The notes beneath the pieces are model-generated. The model ran no database searches. It was given only the letters and a program-made list of their open reading frames with translations, and was not told where the DNA came from. Below, piece after piece: positions 63,112 to 64,000 of a stretch of 64,000 bases of DNA. The number at the start of each line of letters is the position of its first letter. The stretch's first letter is position 1. The position numbers were made by a program, and so were the translations under genes. The DNA is from an uncultured Verrucomicrobia subdivision 3 bacterium (GTDB lineage: Bacteria; Verrucomicrobiota; Verrucomicrobiia; Limisphaerales; UBA11358): positions 1,317 through 65,316 of the forward strand of contig CAIWFB010000216.1 in NCBI GenBank assembly GCA_903911825.1, read 5' to 3'.

Positions 63112-64000
63112 ATGACCGCTGCCGCCCCCACCAAGTCCGCCGAAGGCAATTTCAAATCTGAAATCGCAGATTTAAAATTGCCCGAACTCCTCGCGCCCGC
63201 TGGCGATTGGGATTGCGCCAAAGCCGCCGTGGAAAACGGGGCGGACGCGATCTATTTCGGCCTCGATAAATTCAACGCCCGGATGCGCGCCCGGAATTTT
63301 ACCGAAGCCATTCTGCCGCAGCTCATGGAATTTCTCCATCGGCGCGGCGTGAAAGGTTACGTCACGTTCAACACGCTGGTATTTCAGAACGAAATTGCCG
63401 ATGCGGAAAATTATCTACGTTCCATCATCGCGGCGGGCGTGGATGCGGCCATCGTGCAAGACGTGGGCATCTGTAAATTGATCCGCGACATTTCGCCGGA
63501 TTTTCCGATTCACGCTTCTACGCAGATGACCATTTCCAGTGCGGCGGGCGTGGAGTTTGCCCGCGACCTCGGCTGCAATCTCGCCGTGCTCGCGCGGGAA
63601 TGTTCCATCGCAGAAATTGAAAAAATCAACGCCGCGCAAGCCACCTCGTTACCGTTGGAAGTTTTTGTTCACGGCGCGCTGTGCGTGGCATATTCCGGCC
63701 AATGTCTCACGAGCGAATCGCTCGGTGGCCGCAGCGCGAATCGCGGCGAATGCGCCCAAGCCTGCCGGATGCCCTACGATTTGATTTCCGATGGCGTGCA
63801 AGTTCCGCTCGGTGATAAGCGCTATTTACTGAGCCCGCAAGATTTGGCCGGGCTGGATGTGTTGCCCGAACTTGTGCGTGCCGGTGTAACTTCGCTGAAA
63901 ATTGAAGGCCGTCTCAAAGCGCCGGAATACGTCGCCAGCATCACGCGCGTGTATCGCAAAGCGTTGGATGATTTGCGAATGACGAATGATGATTTACGCG
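63112..64000 (+). CDS. Peptidase U32-family protein (5' part, runs off the window)
   Basis: Hand translation: MTAAAPTK…LLAPAGDWDCAKAAVENGADAIYFGL…EVFVHGALCVAYSGQCLTSESLGGRSANRGECAQACR (U32 signature). It is absent from the ORF track because no stop falls in the window. Confidence 0.8.
   Translation, partial: MTAAAPTKSAEGNFKSEIADLKLPELLAPAGDWDCAKAAVENGADAIYFGLDKFNARMRARNFTEAILPQLMEFLHRRGVKGYVTFNTLVFQNEIADAENYLRSIIAAGVDAAIVQDVGICKLIRDISPDFPIHASTQMTISSAAGVEFARDLGCNLAVLARECSIAEIEKINAAQATSLPLEVFVHGALCVAYSGQCLTSESLGGRSANRGECAQACRMPYDLISDGVQVPLGDKRYLLSPQDLAGLDVLPELVRAGVTSLKIEGRLKAPEYVASITRVYRKALDDLRMTNDDLR

Overview
This is a 64-kb window from a GC-rich, diderm, flagellated bacterium. The gene content (exosortase/EpsI, IVS-type four-helix-bundle protein, LpxA/LpxD, Mla) fits Verrucomicrobiota/PVC-like or similar environmental lineages, but the taxon cannot be fixed without a database search.

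Layout:
- 1-20.8 kb: a large surface-polysaccharide locus, mostly on the minus strand. It holds eight or nine glycosyltransferases, a Wzy-like polymerase, a Wzx-like flippase, three acyl/acetyltransferases, an FkbM methyltransferase, an orphan Wzm permease, a ParE/antitoxin pair, a four-helix-bundle gene and a GbsR/MarR regulator. A divergent WcaI-like GT plus an exosortase-EpsI fusion sit at its right end.
- 20.8-28.2 kb: a SWIM/SNF2 helicase and HrpA.
- 28.4-33.3 kb: a DUF455-ATP-grasp fusion, DUF2721, a Gfo/Idh/MocA oxidoreductase and lpxD.
- 33.3-43.8 kb: a flagellar filament module with four tandem flagellins, fliD, fliS, small chaperone or anti-sigma-like genes, a lipoprotein, an HD-GYP response regulator and an interrupted histidine kinase.
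- 43.8-54 kb: mixed genes (DUF721, ispH, a cluster of paralogous membrane proteins, a beta-CASP nuclease, a pilC remnant, a porin, metF).
- 54-63 kb: one co-directional envelope-lipid string running from lpxA to mlaD.
- 63.1 kb to the window end: a U32 peptidase.

The most unusual signal is a family of strictly phased, single-polarity 8-bp repeat arrays. There are nine arrays, about 1.6 kb in total, and they replace ordinary spacer DNA between polysaccharide-locus genes. They bracket cassette-like accessory genes and decayed gene fragments.

Other leads:
- CsrA-type GGA hairpins with covariation in all four flagellin leaders.
- A tightly packed string of an MMPL transporter, an aromatic-Pro repeat protein and MlaEFD.
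- A triad of paralogous membrane proteins.
- A DUF455-ATP-grasp fusion.
- Two in-frame nonsense codons plus one frameshifted remnant.

CDS coordinates follow the ORF track, with internal starts computed from it. Borders of repeats, hairpins and promoters were indexed by hand and may be off by a few bases.
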